From contig JAYWIR010000007.1 in NCBI GenBank assembly GCA_036172245.1, positions 1,364,001 to 1,428,000 on the forward strand: a DNA stretch of 64,000 nucleotides, in the 5' to 3' direction. The notes under the pieces are model-generated. The model saw only the letters and a list, made by a program, of their open reading frames with translations, was not told the origin of the DNA and did not search any database. Source of the stretch: Raillietiella orientalis (lineage: Eukaryota). Each line of letters starts with the position of its first letter. Position 1 is the first letter of the stretch. Below, piece by piece: positions 41,258 through 53,900 of this stretch. Position numbers and translations under genes: made by a program.

Positions 41258-42196
41258 TCAAATCGCACAGTGCCATTGACCAATCCCTTCCTTCACGGGA
41301 GCCTTCACCTTCAAATCCTCCTACTGATAGTGGATGCAGCTCCGCGTAGCGCCTTCCATAATTTGACTGCCTGGTCATCTTGGTCGGTGACCCAAAATGT
41401 GCCCCCGCTACGTGTCCCGGCTGTTGACGCGCTCTGTCCCCTTCGTATGCTCTCTGCCCGCGTGCTAATAGGCCCCTCTGTCTTTTAGCACCTCACCGTT
41501 CTTCGGATCGCGATTCCCCCCCCCCCCCTCCACCGTTGGCGCCACCACGGGACGCTTTGCTCCCGCGCGGCGAAAAGAAGGGCCCATTCGTTCCCGCGAG
41601 ACGTCGAGCATGGCGCGCGCTGAGCTTTCGTTTCGGGTCACGGGAGGAGAATCGCCTCCAGGGGTCGACCGGTTCCGGACCAACACCTCCCGCTTCCGCC
41701 GCGTGACCTCCTCGTGTCAGTTTGACCGAATGGTTTTTCCTCGTGAAGCGAGGAAGCCGGACTTCTACGAGTGGCTTCCACCCTTCCTCCTAGCCCCACA
41801 ACTGCTCAGCGATTGGGGGCTGGCGTCGAGGACCCCGCCCCCGCCGGGCGCCCTCTCCCTGCACCTTCAGACAGCATTGTTCCTTGCGGGCGCCGGGCAG
41901 TTGTGGGGACCAGGAGCATAGGGCTCAAGAACAGGTGACCGGTGGGCTGCGCGCGAATTCCTGCGTGCAAGAAGAGGCGGCTGGGTGTACCAAGTGGCCC
42001 CAAGCGAGGACAAGGGACTTTCCTCCCGACCTGCGTGCTTTTCGATGAAGGGTACCTTGTCTCCCTGCCCTGGGAGCCGTCGCGAGACCAAGCCGGGGTG
42101 TGTGCGTGCAACCCCCAGCCGGACTGAAGAGGACTGCGCTGGTCCGTCTCCGGTTGACGGCGCTTCGCCCCCATTTTCGCGAGGCATGTTACTGGA

Positions 42197-42830
42197 TTCA
42201 CACCTGGTCATTCCGGAGCGTTTATTTGTTAAAAATAAACATTGAGGTCAGTGACAAGATGCGTGATCCTGCCACGTTACAGAATTTACAAAAAGAACCT
42301 GCTGAAAACCGGCGCGCAGGCCGGCGAGGTTCGCCACGGCAGCACAGGGGAAAGGGAGGCAAACACAAAGAAAAATAAAACAAAAGAAATACAAAAAATT
42401 GAGGGGGAGGAATGGGTTCGTGTGCTGGAGGGCGTCCTCTGCATCCTTGTTAGGCAAGTTCTTGTTTTACGATCCCAATATGGGGCCATCTTGACGCTAT
42501 GCGCATGGAGAGGACAACAAAATAGATGGCGTCCCTGTTGTCTGACCTCCTCTTGCGTTGCTCCATGCAGCCACGATCCCACCGCGTAGACAGCAAAGTG
42601 CTGCTAGAGATGCGGACTGCCGGGCGTGAGGGCGTCGCGAAGGAAGAGGCTCTTTAAAACGTTTTCGGGTTGCCCTCGGGGTTCCACAGGGACGCGGCAC
42701 TTCGAGGTTAAGCGTTCTCACATGGGACAGAAGGCAACACAGTCGACTAGGAGGTGCGGGAGGCACTCTCTCTCGCCGCACCTGCCGCAGTTCGGGCTCA
42801 CACTCCCTTAGGGAAGAAAGGGACAGAATC
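42197..42830 (-). mobile_element. 3' fragment of the same LINE family (copy C)
   Basis: VSPNCGRCGERECLPHLLVDC CCHC knuckle and ALCCLRG..AAWS match copy A. T-rich 3'UTR, AATAAA at 42221-42226. Confidence 0.85.
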
Positions 42831-42834
42831 ATCT

Positions 42835-43706
42835 CAGCAAGGTGAGAAGTCTCATGTGCTGCATTGCAGACAAAACGAAACTTCCGGGCACGTGGACAAC
42901 TCGGGTGATCACGGACGCTGCGACCCCTAGTGTCCCGCCGAAAGGACTGTTACACTGGGGCGAGCTGCTCGCAATCCCTCCGGAGGAAGTGAAATGGTCC
43001 TCAGCGTGCTAGAACAGTTGGTCCCTCCTCTTCGAATGACGGAAATGATTCATGGGGGAATCCCGTCCAAAGCACGCCTTCACCACTGCACACGGGGTAG
43101 CGTAGGCGCTCAGGTGCGACAGGTGTGGGAAGAAGGAGCCCCTCCCGCATCTCCTGCTGGACTGCGCTGCCCTCAGACCCCTTTGGGATCGCCTCGTGAC
43201 GATCCGAGGGACCCCGGAGTGGGAGTCTTCGAACACCTCTTGGCGCATGCCTCACTGACGCCAGGGGCGTCCCCCACTGTGTTCTGCTGTCTTCGCGGGA
43301 TCGTTGAGGCCTAGAACGCAGGAAAAAGAGCCCGGATGGAAGGGACGCCACCCACTTGTCGGAAAAATTGCCGAGGACCGCCACGAGATGTCTCCTTCAC
43401 CCTCACCTGGCCAACATCCGGAACGATCGAGGATGGGATCCCACCCAGGATCTGTCATCCTGGGTGGGATGCAGTGGACGCCTGGAGGCGAACTGTGATC
43501 CCTTTCTCAATTCCCCTCCTCCTCCCCTTCCCGAGAAAAGATTCTCCCTCCTTTTTGTTTGTTTACTTTTGTTATCGGGTTTCTCTTCCCCCCAGGCTGC
43601 CGAAATGGACATCGCCTGTCTGAGTACCAATCTTTGGCAGGTTCATTGAACGTGGTAGAACCAAGCGCTATACCGCAAAAATACCCTGGAAAACACAGGT
43701 GAAAAA
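42835..43706 (+). mobile_element. 3' fragment of the same LINE family (copy D), head-to-head with copy C
   Basis: Nucleotide similarity to copy B 23860-24300 (gacgctgcgaccc...aaaggac...ctggggcgagctgctc), a CDRC-x-H knuckle, FCCLRGIV and a degenerate terminal motif at 43677-43706. Confidence 0.85.
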
Positions 43707-44559
43707 CCACCAACCATTACTATCGCCAGGACAAGCTCAATACGAGATCAGGATTAGGAAAAGAGTGTGACGAGCATAGCCCGATCTAGCTCTTCGTACT
43801 CGTTATACATGGGGTTAGTATCGGTCACTGATGCAGATCGAGCTAAAGTATTTGCAATTGCGCTTTGGACTCCTGGTCTGAGCGGACGGTCACCTGTTCT
43901 TCCTATAAGACGTCGACTTTCAAGAGCCCTCGTCGGACTTAGAAAACGCTGCCAGGAGTTGGGCACACGAACCTTCCGAGTCGAAGTTCCTGACAATGGG
44001 CGACCCACTGCACGGTCACTTCGGTCGTCACCTTGAGGTGGAAGCGCGAGGTGCTGCTATTCCTGGGCTGAGGTTTCCAGGGCAATCAGCATCGGCACTT
44101 CGTCTTCATGCTGCTTTTGGGCTGCTGTGCCCTCCAGGAACCGTGGAGGAGACTGCCTTTAGCGCTCCAGTGGACATTACCAAGGACGAGGATGCTTTCC
44201 TGACGAGCGTATGCCTCTCAGGAGCAGACTGCGTCCGCGCCGTGGTCACAGCATGCCACGTGCTGGGGTTTAAGGGGCAGTGAAGGGAGGTCTCCCTCAT
44301 GGCAGGTCCTCATGGTCCTCCTCTCTTTATGAGGATGGCTGCGAGGTGCCTCAACTGGAAGAGGAAGGAAGACTCGGAGATCACCGGCGTTCTGCGCCGG
44401 TTCTGGGAAGAAAGAAGCACCTCATACCGAAGATCTCCCTTTTATTCATTTATTTACTCTCCCTTCTCCCTCCCTCTCCGAACAGCTCCAGCGAACGACT
44501 TGCGTGTCGGTGAGTCCTCTTTTCAACTTTTTCGCGTTGTGTTTTTTTTGTTTCGGTAA

Positions 44560-45350
44560 CTGCGTTCCCAACTTGATTGTTTCCTTTTCCTCTAAACAAG
44601 CTCTCCGGCGTCGCCGGGTAAGAAACTGCAGGAAACCCGTGGCACTCGAGAGCTACCGAGGCGCAGAATGGAATCGGGTGCCAGGCATCTCTCGGAAGGA
44701 AAGTCCCGAGGAGTGTTCCCCCCGAACCAGTGGAGAGAGGCACGCGTGCTCTTCGCTCGCAGAATGGTCCCGCAGTTGCTACCACAACCCTAACATCGTG
44801 CAACTCCATTGCCCCCGTCCCCCGTTCCCCAGGGGAACGAGCCAAAAGATTCCGTGCAGCACTCCTTTCCTCTCGACGACTCCATAGGTGGGAAAGGAGT
44901 TTCTCAAAATCCAGAGAGGTCCCGTACAGCGAGGCAGGAAACCTGCGGTCAAGACGACACAATCTGTGCCAACTCAGGTGCTGGAAGGATGTCACAGGGA
45001 ATACCGGCAGGAGTAATCAGCTTGTCCCGGTCGAGAAGAGAAAAACGAATCGCTTGCAGTTCACAGTTGAACAAAAGAATGGGAAGGAGAACTGGTAGGG
45101 TGGGGTCATCTTACACCAAGTTCCAAATCTTTGATCAGCTGAAGAGTGTCTCGACCCGCCAACGCTTCAGGGCTGGGGACTTTAAGGAACACGTCGCGGC
45201 GAAACGCACCCTGGAATCTGCCTGTTCCATCTCAAGCACTGCATCCAGGGCACTTCCAGACCTTGTGAAGCCCGGATAGGTTACCAGCGATACCAATGCA
45301 GCAAATTGACCACACACAAGATCCAGACCAGCGAACTCAGTTCCGATGAA
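44560..45350 (-). mobile_element. Decayed LINE RT C-terminal fragment
   Basis: ILCVVNLL is codon-wise one substitution per codon from YADDLL. IKDLELGV (IKYLG), RFSLLDRDKLI (LSLxGRxxLI) and HLWSRREERSAARNLLARSPGERGTG (FLW...GGLG) follow. Confidence 0.5.
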
Positions 45351-47879
45351 TGACCTTTGAAAAAGACCAAGGCGAGGTCAGGAGTCCAGCTCCGGCACAA
45401 CTTGGGCACATGCTTAACAGAAAAGGTTCTGTGGTTTGACATCTAATATTCAGGATGACTCTCGATGACCTCATTTAGGATACCTTCTCTTGAAAAGACA
45501 TCCTGAATGAGGTCATCAGTAGCTTCACTATTGTGGTGGAAAACATCAACCACTGCACAGGAGTGACTCGGCGCTCTAGTGCTGCAGCCCGTGAGAAGAA
45601 AAATAGAAAGCCGATCTTTAGCTACCGAAGCTGCTGAGCTTTAGATCCGCAATCGATGCTTGCGAAGGATTATCAGCATGTATACAGACTCTGTAATGGA
45701 AAATCCCAAGTGGATTCTACCGAGGAGATTCTACCGTGGTTCGGATGTTCCTGGTTTTCTTTATCAGGATGATGTTGACAAAAAGACAGCCATTCTCTGG
45801 AGAAGATATGTGCCAGACAGAAGCAATGCTGACACGCTAATGAGGAAGATGGGTTGAGCTTCAAGGACGTTCCACTACCTGACACGGAGTACAGAACAAG
45901 GATATACCAAGACCACTTTTCATAATAGGTTGTAGGTACCAAAGCAGAGTCCTAAAAATAAAAGAATAAAGTGTTCCCACCTTCATCTGAATCTAGCCTA
46001 AATGCCAGTACCAGACCTGATGCAGGGAATCCGTAGCTCTTAGTAAATCATGAGAGAATAAAAGTATCCTGCCTCCGAGCGAACTGGAACAACGAAAGTG
46101 GCCGAGTTTCCATTGAGAGGGGAAAGCAGCGGCCGTTGGGGTACTCTGGCTAGAAGTGCATGAGCTTTGAGATCGCTGATCTGGTTGCTTTTGCCTCCCA
46201 TCCCTCTGTACGGTGTACCCCACATTTCACACCGAATATCTCTCCTGACACACTTGTCGCGAATCCGCCCTCACGTACATATCGTCAGATATAGTCAAAA
46301 TACAAATACCTGCGGCATAATTTGATTTCTGGGAGCGCCGACACGAAATTCTGGAACGATGAATGCGATTCGGTTTTGTGGTCCCTTCGACGACAACGAT
46401 CTTTGTGTCCAAACGCTGGGAGAGTGTTGCTGCAGCCGAAAGCAATTGTCTCAGACAAAGCAGAAACTGATACGAGGGTGCATATCCCCAGAAGCAATCT
46501 GGAACCTAAACGAAAGTACTTCATTGTATGAAAGATTGTAGCTTTCATACAAACTTCCCTTTCCGAATGTGTTTATCCCTTAAAAAGTGATGTAGACCTT
46601 AATAAGGAAAAATTTTCCATTCTGAGGTCTGGACAAATCAAAACCTTCAAGCGGGGGCAGTCAGACGAGTGTAACAAGACGTGAAAAAGTATCCTTCATG
46701 AGGCATGCGGATTGCATTGTAATAGGATATTCATGATGCGATGGTGGAATTTGTTTAAACAATAGAAATGTGTGAATTCTCATTCCAGCTCGGTGTTTGT
46801 GCTTTGACCTGATCGATGCACGTTTATATCGAGCCATTAGAAATGATCTGAAAGGGAAATGTGGGCGCTAATATTAAAACGAAACTCATTCGGGTGCGTC
46901 TTTCTTTTCACTATGTGTCTTTTTCTATATTATCCCGCTCTCCATATGCTGACTGAAATGGCGTAACAGTTCATCAACTGCAATGTCTTCTTGAGTGCTC
47001 ATACTTATTTTTGATTGATCATCCGTCTTTTTTAATAACGTCCACGGGCTGAGGAAAGCGTGAAGAGTACGTAATTGCCGATAAAAAGTCCTACAGCAGT
47101 CTCTCAGAAAATGAGTCAATGCGGGAAATCGCATTTTTCTAAAAGCCACAGTCTTATTTTCCAGGATTTTTTCCTTGCTTGTTTGCTATTTCAGCGACAA
47201 ACCGAAGGAGATAGGAAAAGACGTGGCTTGTCGACGACAAACAAGAACAGCGTCAGGAATCCAGCAGCTGGTAACCTTTGTTTTTGTTTTTGTGGGTCGC
47301 CGAAACAGGTTATGATGGAGAGGGTTCGTCCAGATTCAGGAAGTTTGAGAGATTGGCCACACATGTCCCGGCGGACTCGAAAATCAAGATCTGGCTCAGA
47401 AAACATGGACCGCTCGCATCTGGGAAAGATCCTCTCGACCTCGCCGGCTCGAGAGTTGTTGTGTTTTTACGACTCTTGGATGGGTTCCGGGAGATGAAGT
47501 GGTTGCTGCATCCACCCCCAAGCGTTTGTGTTTTGAGCCGCGCGCGGTCACGATCGGCTTGCAGCCAACTGAATGCTGAACCCAGTGAAAGACCCACGAC
47601 ATGGGGACCTCATACACAGGTGTTTATAAACACTTGCTTGGTAGTGTTCGTGCCGTAGGTGCAGCGGAGTGTCCCGTGCGGCTGCTTTCGTGCACGCCCC
47701 GCCTTTTGTGCATTGCTACTTCGTGGGCTATGTAGATGTTTGAAGTGCGAATCCGAAACAAAAAAAAAAAAAGTTGCACAAAAATGTATTCAGTCCCTTC
47801 ATTTGTTGTTTGTGTTTTTCAGGGTCTCCTCCAGTTCTCAACCCACTCTGCATGATTTTTTTTTTCTCACTTGGTTGCA

Positions 47880-47981
47880 ATGGTAAAAATGAGCACAAAT
47901 CGTGAAATGTTAAATGTGTTGTTACTTGGAGTGGCTTTCATGTTTATCCTGACCCCATTTCAAACTATTGGATTAATTGAG
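47880..47981 (+). CDS. MFSD11: MFSD11 coding exon 1 (MVKMSTNREMLNVLLLGVAFMFILTPFQTIGLIE)
   Basis: ATG at 47880 (alternative 47889). Donor GAG|gtacac at 47982, phase 0. Confidence 0.88.
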
Positions 47982-50900
47982 GTACACGTTGTTCCATCTG
48001 AATGTAAAATTTTGCATGCTGCAATTAGCCACAGGAATCAATGTGTTACATCTGTCGGTGTTTAGGTTTATTGTCTCCCGATGCCTTTCTTATTCATTAG
48101 ATTTGTAAATGCTTGTGACTGCGTTGCTTGAAGAGTTCAGAGCTGCAATGAAAGCCTCAAAAAGTTTCAAGTAAATTTTGCAGGATGCTGAATCTATTGA
48201 CGGATTATTACTGAGGATACCCGAAAAATGGGTTCCTTTCAATACGTTTGTAGAAAGCAGCGCGAAATCAAAATGCTTGGTGTTAAGAGATAGTCGGATT
48301 TATGATGTGATACTCACATAAGCTTTTATTTCATTTTCACAAACCAGAATCCAGAACACAATCGATAAAGTGACAGGCTCATTGTTAATTTAGAAGCATT
48401 CACAGGTAGATGTTTTCTTCACAAGAAGTAACAATTCCTTAATTTCAATTCATTTTCATGATACTGTTTGGTTTCATTCAAGTATACTAATTTTGATTTG
48501 CCACTTGCACGTAATTTACAAATAATTCGGAAATACTTTTCATGAAAATATGTTATTCTTTGTGAAGAACGTTGCCATAAAATGATCGGTGCTTAGCATT
48601 GGAAAACGATGATTTGAATCCATTACAGCTGTAATAATGATAAAGTTCAAAACAAACTAAAAAAAAAAAAATCATAATCTCGGGAAACAAAACATTAAAT
48701 ATTAAGTAATAATTACTCATGGGCAGTCTATACAGAAATAAATAATTGCATGAAAACAAAAAAGAAGCAACAGAGCATAGTAGGTGTGAGGAATTACTAA
48801 AAGAATGATCATTTCTCATCCCTGATGGCACAAAGTAAATCCTTTGACAATTAGTCAGAGCTGTGTGCCTTCTTCAGTCTTGTAGTAGCAAGCACTACAT
48901 AGTTCATCTCATCACTGTTCATGATACAATGTCATGTCCTATTTCTTGTGATGGAAATTTTGTATCAATGAAGCAATGTATTCCACTAATGGAAAGTTTA
49001 TAAAGTATGTTCAAATTAGCAGGTTTATCTTGCAGATTTGATCTTGTAAGTGCATTTTTCAAATGTGATTTTAAGTGACGTTTATTATTTGTGGAATGCA
49101 ATATGTAGCATAGATACAGTATTTGTAATATAGAGGAATATTTGTGACTCATAATCTGTACTCACCACGAGAAGAATTTTTCGTTTTATTTTTATTAAAT
49201 ATCCGTATGTAGACTTATTTTGTTTATGCACAATGAGCATAATTGATTGTGATGAGTTGATAATTGATTTTGAGTGTATACATGTGTGAATATTCTGACT
49301 CCATGTTGTTTCAGAAAGTTATTTTGGACAACATAAAAAGTCAAGATCCATCTTTTAATGGTGATGGTTTTATTAGTTTAGCTATTATTTATGGACTTTT
49401 TGCTGTAGTTAATTGGATAACACCATCTTTAATTGTTTATGTAGGTTCCAAAAATGTTATGATATTAGGAGCAACGACATACATGTAAGAATTTATTTCC
49501 TTAGTCAAGTATGTTTTTTATATGATAATTTTCGTTCATGTTCATAATCTGATCATCAATATATACAAAGCTTAAGTATGAACCAAAAAGTAACATGTAT
49601 AATAATTGAAAGTGCATGATATTTCTTTCTTTCAAGCATCAATAAATTTGAATAATGAACTTGTAAATCGTTTTCTTTTAAAATCTTTTGAGAGTTGGAT
49701 TTGTGCTAATTTTGAATGATTTAATGATGGCTGTTGCAGTTGTTTGTGGTTACTTCATTATGCTATTCATATAGACAGAAATGGCTATTCATATAGACAG
49801 AAATGGTTGTTATCTTTTCAATACAGGAAAGTTGCATTGTATTGTAGTCCTGTTTTGTTTTCTTAAAAAAAACGAGGAAAACATGCAATAGGAAAAGCAT
49901 TCTCCATTGATATCTCGGATTTTTAAAATGCATTTCGTCAGCTTTGCATGTTCATATTTTTGAAATATCCCAAGAATGAGGAACATAAAAAACAATGCAT
50001 TGAAGTAAGACAGCATGATCACTTAATAACAGTCTCATTAGTACCTTGAAAATCAAAATGTGGCAAAATTGGCTGAAAATGAATACAGGTTTCTGAAGAA
50101 TTAAATGAAGGGTTACATGAAGGAATTGGAATTGAGAAGGATTGCTTCCATCCAACTTTCCCACACTAGCAGTTAAGGTCAAGAGGAATCATATTCTAAT
50201 TGTTCCTGTTGATCCATAAGTCTTCATATCAGTCTATTTTCCAGTCTTTCCCCTCAAAAAATCATTGTTTAACGCACTTCTATTTATTTTTACAACAGAC
50301 CTTTACTAATGATAACCCATGAGTAGATTGAACCATGGGCCACGAATACACGCCATCTCCAAGAACTCAAAGTGGTCATGATTCCTCCACCACTTTCTGC
50401 TTAATCCTTCCAATAAAATGAAAAGTTTGAATTCAGCTATCTCCTAGGAGCAGATGTTTCATAGTGGTTGTTAGTTAGTCAAGTCTGGTGTCCTCATTTC
50501 GAGATAAGAGAATATCCTCCCCTGTTCTTTTCAACAAGTATGTATGGTTTTCCAGCTGCTTTAGGATTGCAGTATTAAGGAGTAGCATGTTATCAAATAT
50601 TCATGGACTCTAAAGGACCAGATAATTGATTTACCTTCTAGTAAGTGGACATACATGAACCTAACACCTAACTTCTGTGCTTAGTGTTCCTAAATTCAAC
50701 TGTATTTGAAATATTTGAACCTGAAGAAACTTGTTAAAATATTCTCTCTAGGTATATCTCATTAACAAAATGACTTACATTTAAATAGATTCAGATGGTA
50801 GGTTTTTAAGAGAGAAAAAAAAAATTGGCTTGCCAAATCACGTGAGAGTTGTATTTCTTTGTCAGTAATCTAAACTAGGATAACATCAACTGAATGGATA

Positions 50901-53900
50901 TTTGAAATCTTGAATCTTGATTTGAATTTGATTCCATACAAATTTTATTGTTTACCATTTTTCGTATTGATTTTTTTATTTTGCCAGTTCATTTGTGTGT
51001 TCATTTCTGAAACCACGAACATTTTTACTGTATTTGGCATCTGCTTTGCTGGGATCCGGAGCTGCATTATTATGGACAGGACAGGGAAATTACCTGACAT
51101 CAATTTCAACCAGACAAACAATGGCACGAAATTCAGGGATATTTTGGGCCATAATGCAGTGCAGGTGAGAAATTTTAACAAATGTTTGACTACAAAGTTA
51201 TTTAAACATACTGTTTGATTTTTTAGTTTCTTATTTGGAAATCTCCTAGTATTTTTGAAATTTTCCGGTTCAACACACATTGATGCAGATTCACAGTACA
51301 TACTCTTCATCAGTTTACTCGCATCTGCATGTTTGGGTTGGATTCTGTTGTTAATATTACATTCACCCCAACGTAATGCTGCTGACTCTGGAGAAACTTC
51401 CATATGGACTGCATTTAAAGGTTCTCTGAATTTACTTTCAACTTCAGACTTCAGGCTCTTAGTGGTGACTTTCTTATATACAGGTAACTGTTACAAAATA
51501 CAAAAAAATGTGCACTACATGTTTTAAGGATTTGAACTTAGTTTTTTAAGTGGAGTATATAGTACTTGCATTGGTTTCACGCAAAGTTTTGGAGCAGAGG
51601 CACACAGTCTTATGGGTTTGGCAGGCATTTTTGTTGGTTTTGGCAATGTTCTAGGTAAGCTTGGGATTTCATATTGCATACTGTAATTTGTGTTTGCTGC
51701 TTTTATGTTATATCCTAATAATCATTTTTAGGTGGGATCTTATTTGGCTTATTTGGTAGCGTAACAAATAAATATGGACGTGATCCAGTAATTCTCCTAG
51801 GATATTTAGTACACGTATGCTGTTTTTTTTTGATTTTTCTGATTTTGCCAAATTCATCCCCTGCTGGAGCTACATCTGAGGCCTCATACATGACACCTAA
51901 GTAAGAACTTGACATTCTTGTGGATGTTTTATTGTTTAAAATCATAAATAAATTTATTTCAATTACATATTGTATTAGATAAGTTAGTTTTGTGTTCCTA
52001 TTGTTAGCAAATTGTGGAGTAAGAGTTATGTTAAAACTATCCATGTTTTACAAAAACTAATGAAGGTCACGGCATATTTTAAAAAAAATTAGGTTCAGGA
52101 ACTTTGAGAGGTTGCTGATTTTTTAAATATGAGTCTGATCTTTGACATTCATTAGTTGATGATTAATTTTTTTTTCACTGAGATTTAAATCTACAAGCAC
52201 AGTGCTATTTATAACTGATAAAAGTGAAACTATTGAAGGTTAGAAAAAGTGCTTGAGAACTTCCTCTTTTTCTTGTTCTTCTTCAATACTTTTAATTGTT
52301 CTCCGAATTCATGTAACATTTAGTTGTGCCTTTTTAGAGCTGGCAAGTATAGTTAGGAGGTTTTTTTCACTTGCATTTATTAGTTAAAAAACTGTTATTC
52401 ATGATTATGTTTGTATAATCACCGATAAATTTTGCTTATCAGAGTGATTCATCATTTACTGCTAATACTGAATTATTCCTGTCATCTATTTGTTCAAATT
52501 GCCTTCTGAACAAGAAATCATTCCTGGAAAAATAGTTTAATATCCGAACAGAAAAAACACATCCAACACGATGATTATTCTCAAATTAGGACACAAAAAA
52601 AGAAACAGTGATTTCGATTTTTTATGGCATTCTCAAGAAATACTAAAAGATAGATGAGGAATATGAAAGTTCAATGACCATTGAAGTTATCAGTATCAAC
52701 ACACAGCTAAGATTGCTAATTTAATCCAACTATAGTAACAGTAATTTTTATTGAGTAAAATGGAAAGTTTGTTTCAAGAAAACGTTTCATCAAGCTAGCT
52801 TTTAGTTTGCCTTTATTGTAATAAATATCAAAGATTTTGTATTTTCCACCCATATATGCCCAGTTATAACTAGATTATTAACTCCATTTCTCGAGGGCAT
52901 CCTTAATGTAGCAAAACATAATTTCCAGCTTCAATAAGAGTGTCAGTTAATGAAAATGTCGAGAATTCAGTGAACTAGAAGAAACTTACGAGGTTTGATG
53001 TTGAATTTCCAGTCACTTTTAACTGTGGAGTTCATGAATTTTTGTATTACCCATTCAATGGGTAATGTAGGTAGTATTTCCCTATTCAACATAATATCAA
53101 AGCATAACTGAATTATTAAATATTTACCTTTGTTAATATTAATTCCGTATTTATTAATCTGTATTTAGCATCTAGGCAAGTTAGTTATTTTGATTTAATA
53201 AAGGGATTATCATTTTGTAATTGGAACCTGCTCTATCATTAATGAAGGGATTCAGGGACCGTGAAAGTATTGTTTGTGTTGCATGCACTACGTATTTTGA
53301 GGATTATTATGTCAGCATGTTATTTTAAGCAATATTAGGTGCAATAGAAAAATTGTTTAACATTGATTTGATTTTTGTGGGCGTAATGAATATGATATAT
53401 GTAAGGTTTTTTTAGTGCTTCTGTTGCCATGTTATGCAGCTTTTTATTGGGGCTTGGTGATGCTTGCTTCAACACCCAAATTTATTCAATTTTGGGATCA
53501 ATATACACCACCGATAATGCTTCTGCTTTTGCTATATTCAAGTTTACACAGGTACTTTGATTTCCTTTATTGGTAAAATTTTTCACTTGTAAGTTCGATT
53601 TAGTGACTGCTAAGGTATTTTTAAACTTCGATTTTTTGTGAATTAATTGTTAAATTGGCAAATCTTTGGACTAAAGTACGCAAAAATACATTTGATATAG
53701 ACTTGCCATGATGAGCAACATTTGTGCAACCCTTTTAATTATAGTGATGTTCAGTATGGAAAATAAAAAAAGTCGTAAACTAACAAATTAAAGTACCATA
53801 AGATATCAAGAATCACTAGCATTTTCACAGTGGTGGGAAGTTTATGTTTCACTCCTCAAGTTTGCTCTTAACAATATATATGTGTTGTCATTCAGCATGG

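Noticed and set aside
45464..45520. CTGATGA next to a long stem on the minus strand, suggesting a hammerhead ribozyme
   Set aside because: No GAAA core after stem II and no stem I/III with an NUH site.
46285..46548. Minus-strand ORF with a signal-peptide-like start; considered as a viral glycoprotein EVE or an exon of a gene divergent from MFSD11
   Set aside because: No consistent cysteine pattern, stops follow quickly, and two frames are equally open.
47290..47315. PBS-like tgggtcgccgaaacagg suggesting an LTR element
   Set aside because: Poor match to a tRNA 3' end, with no TG...CA LTR pair or gag/pol nearby.
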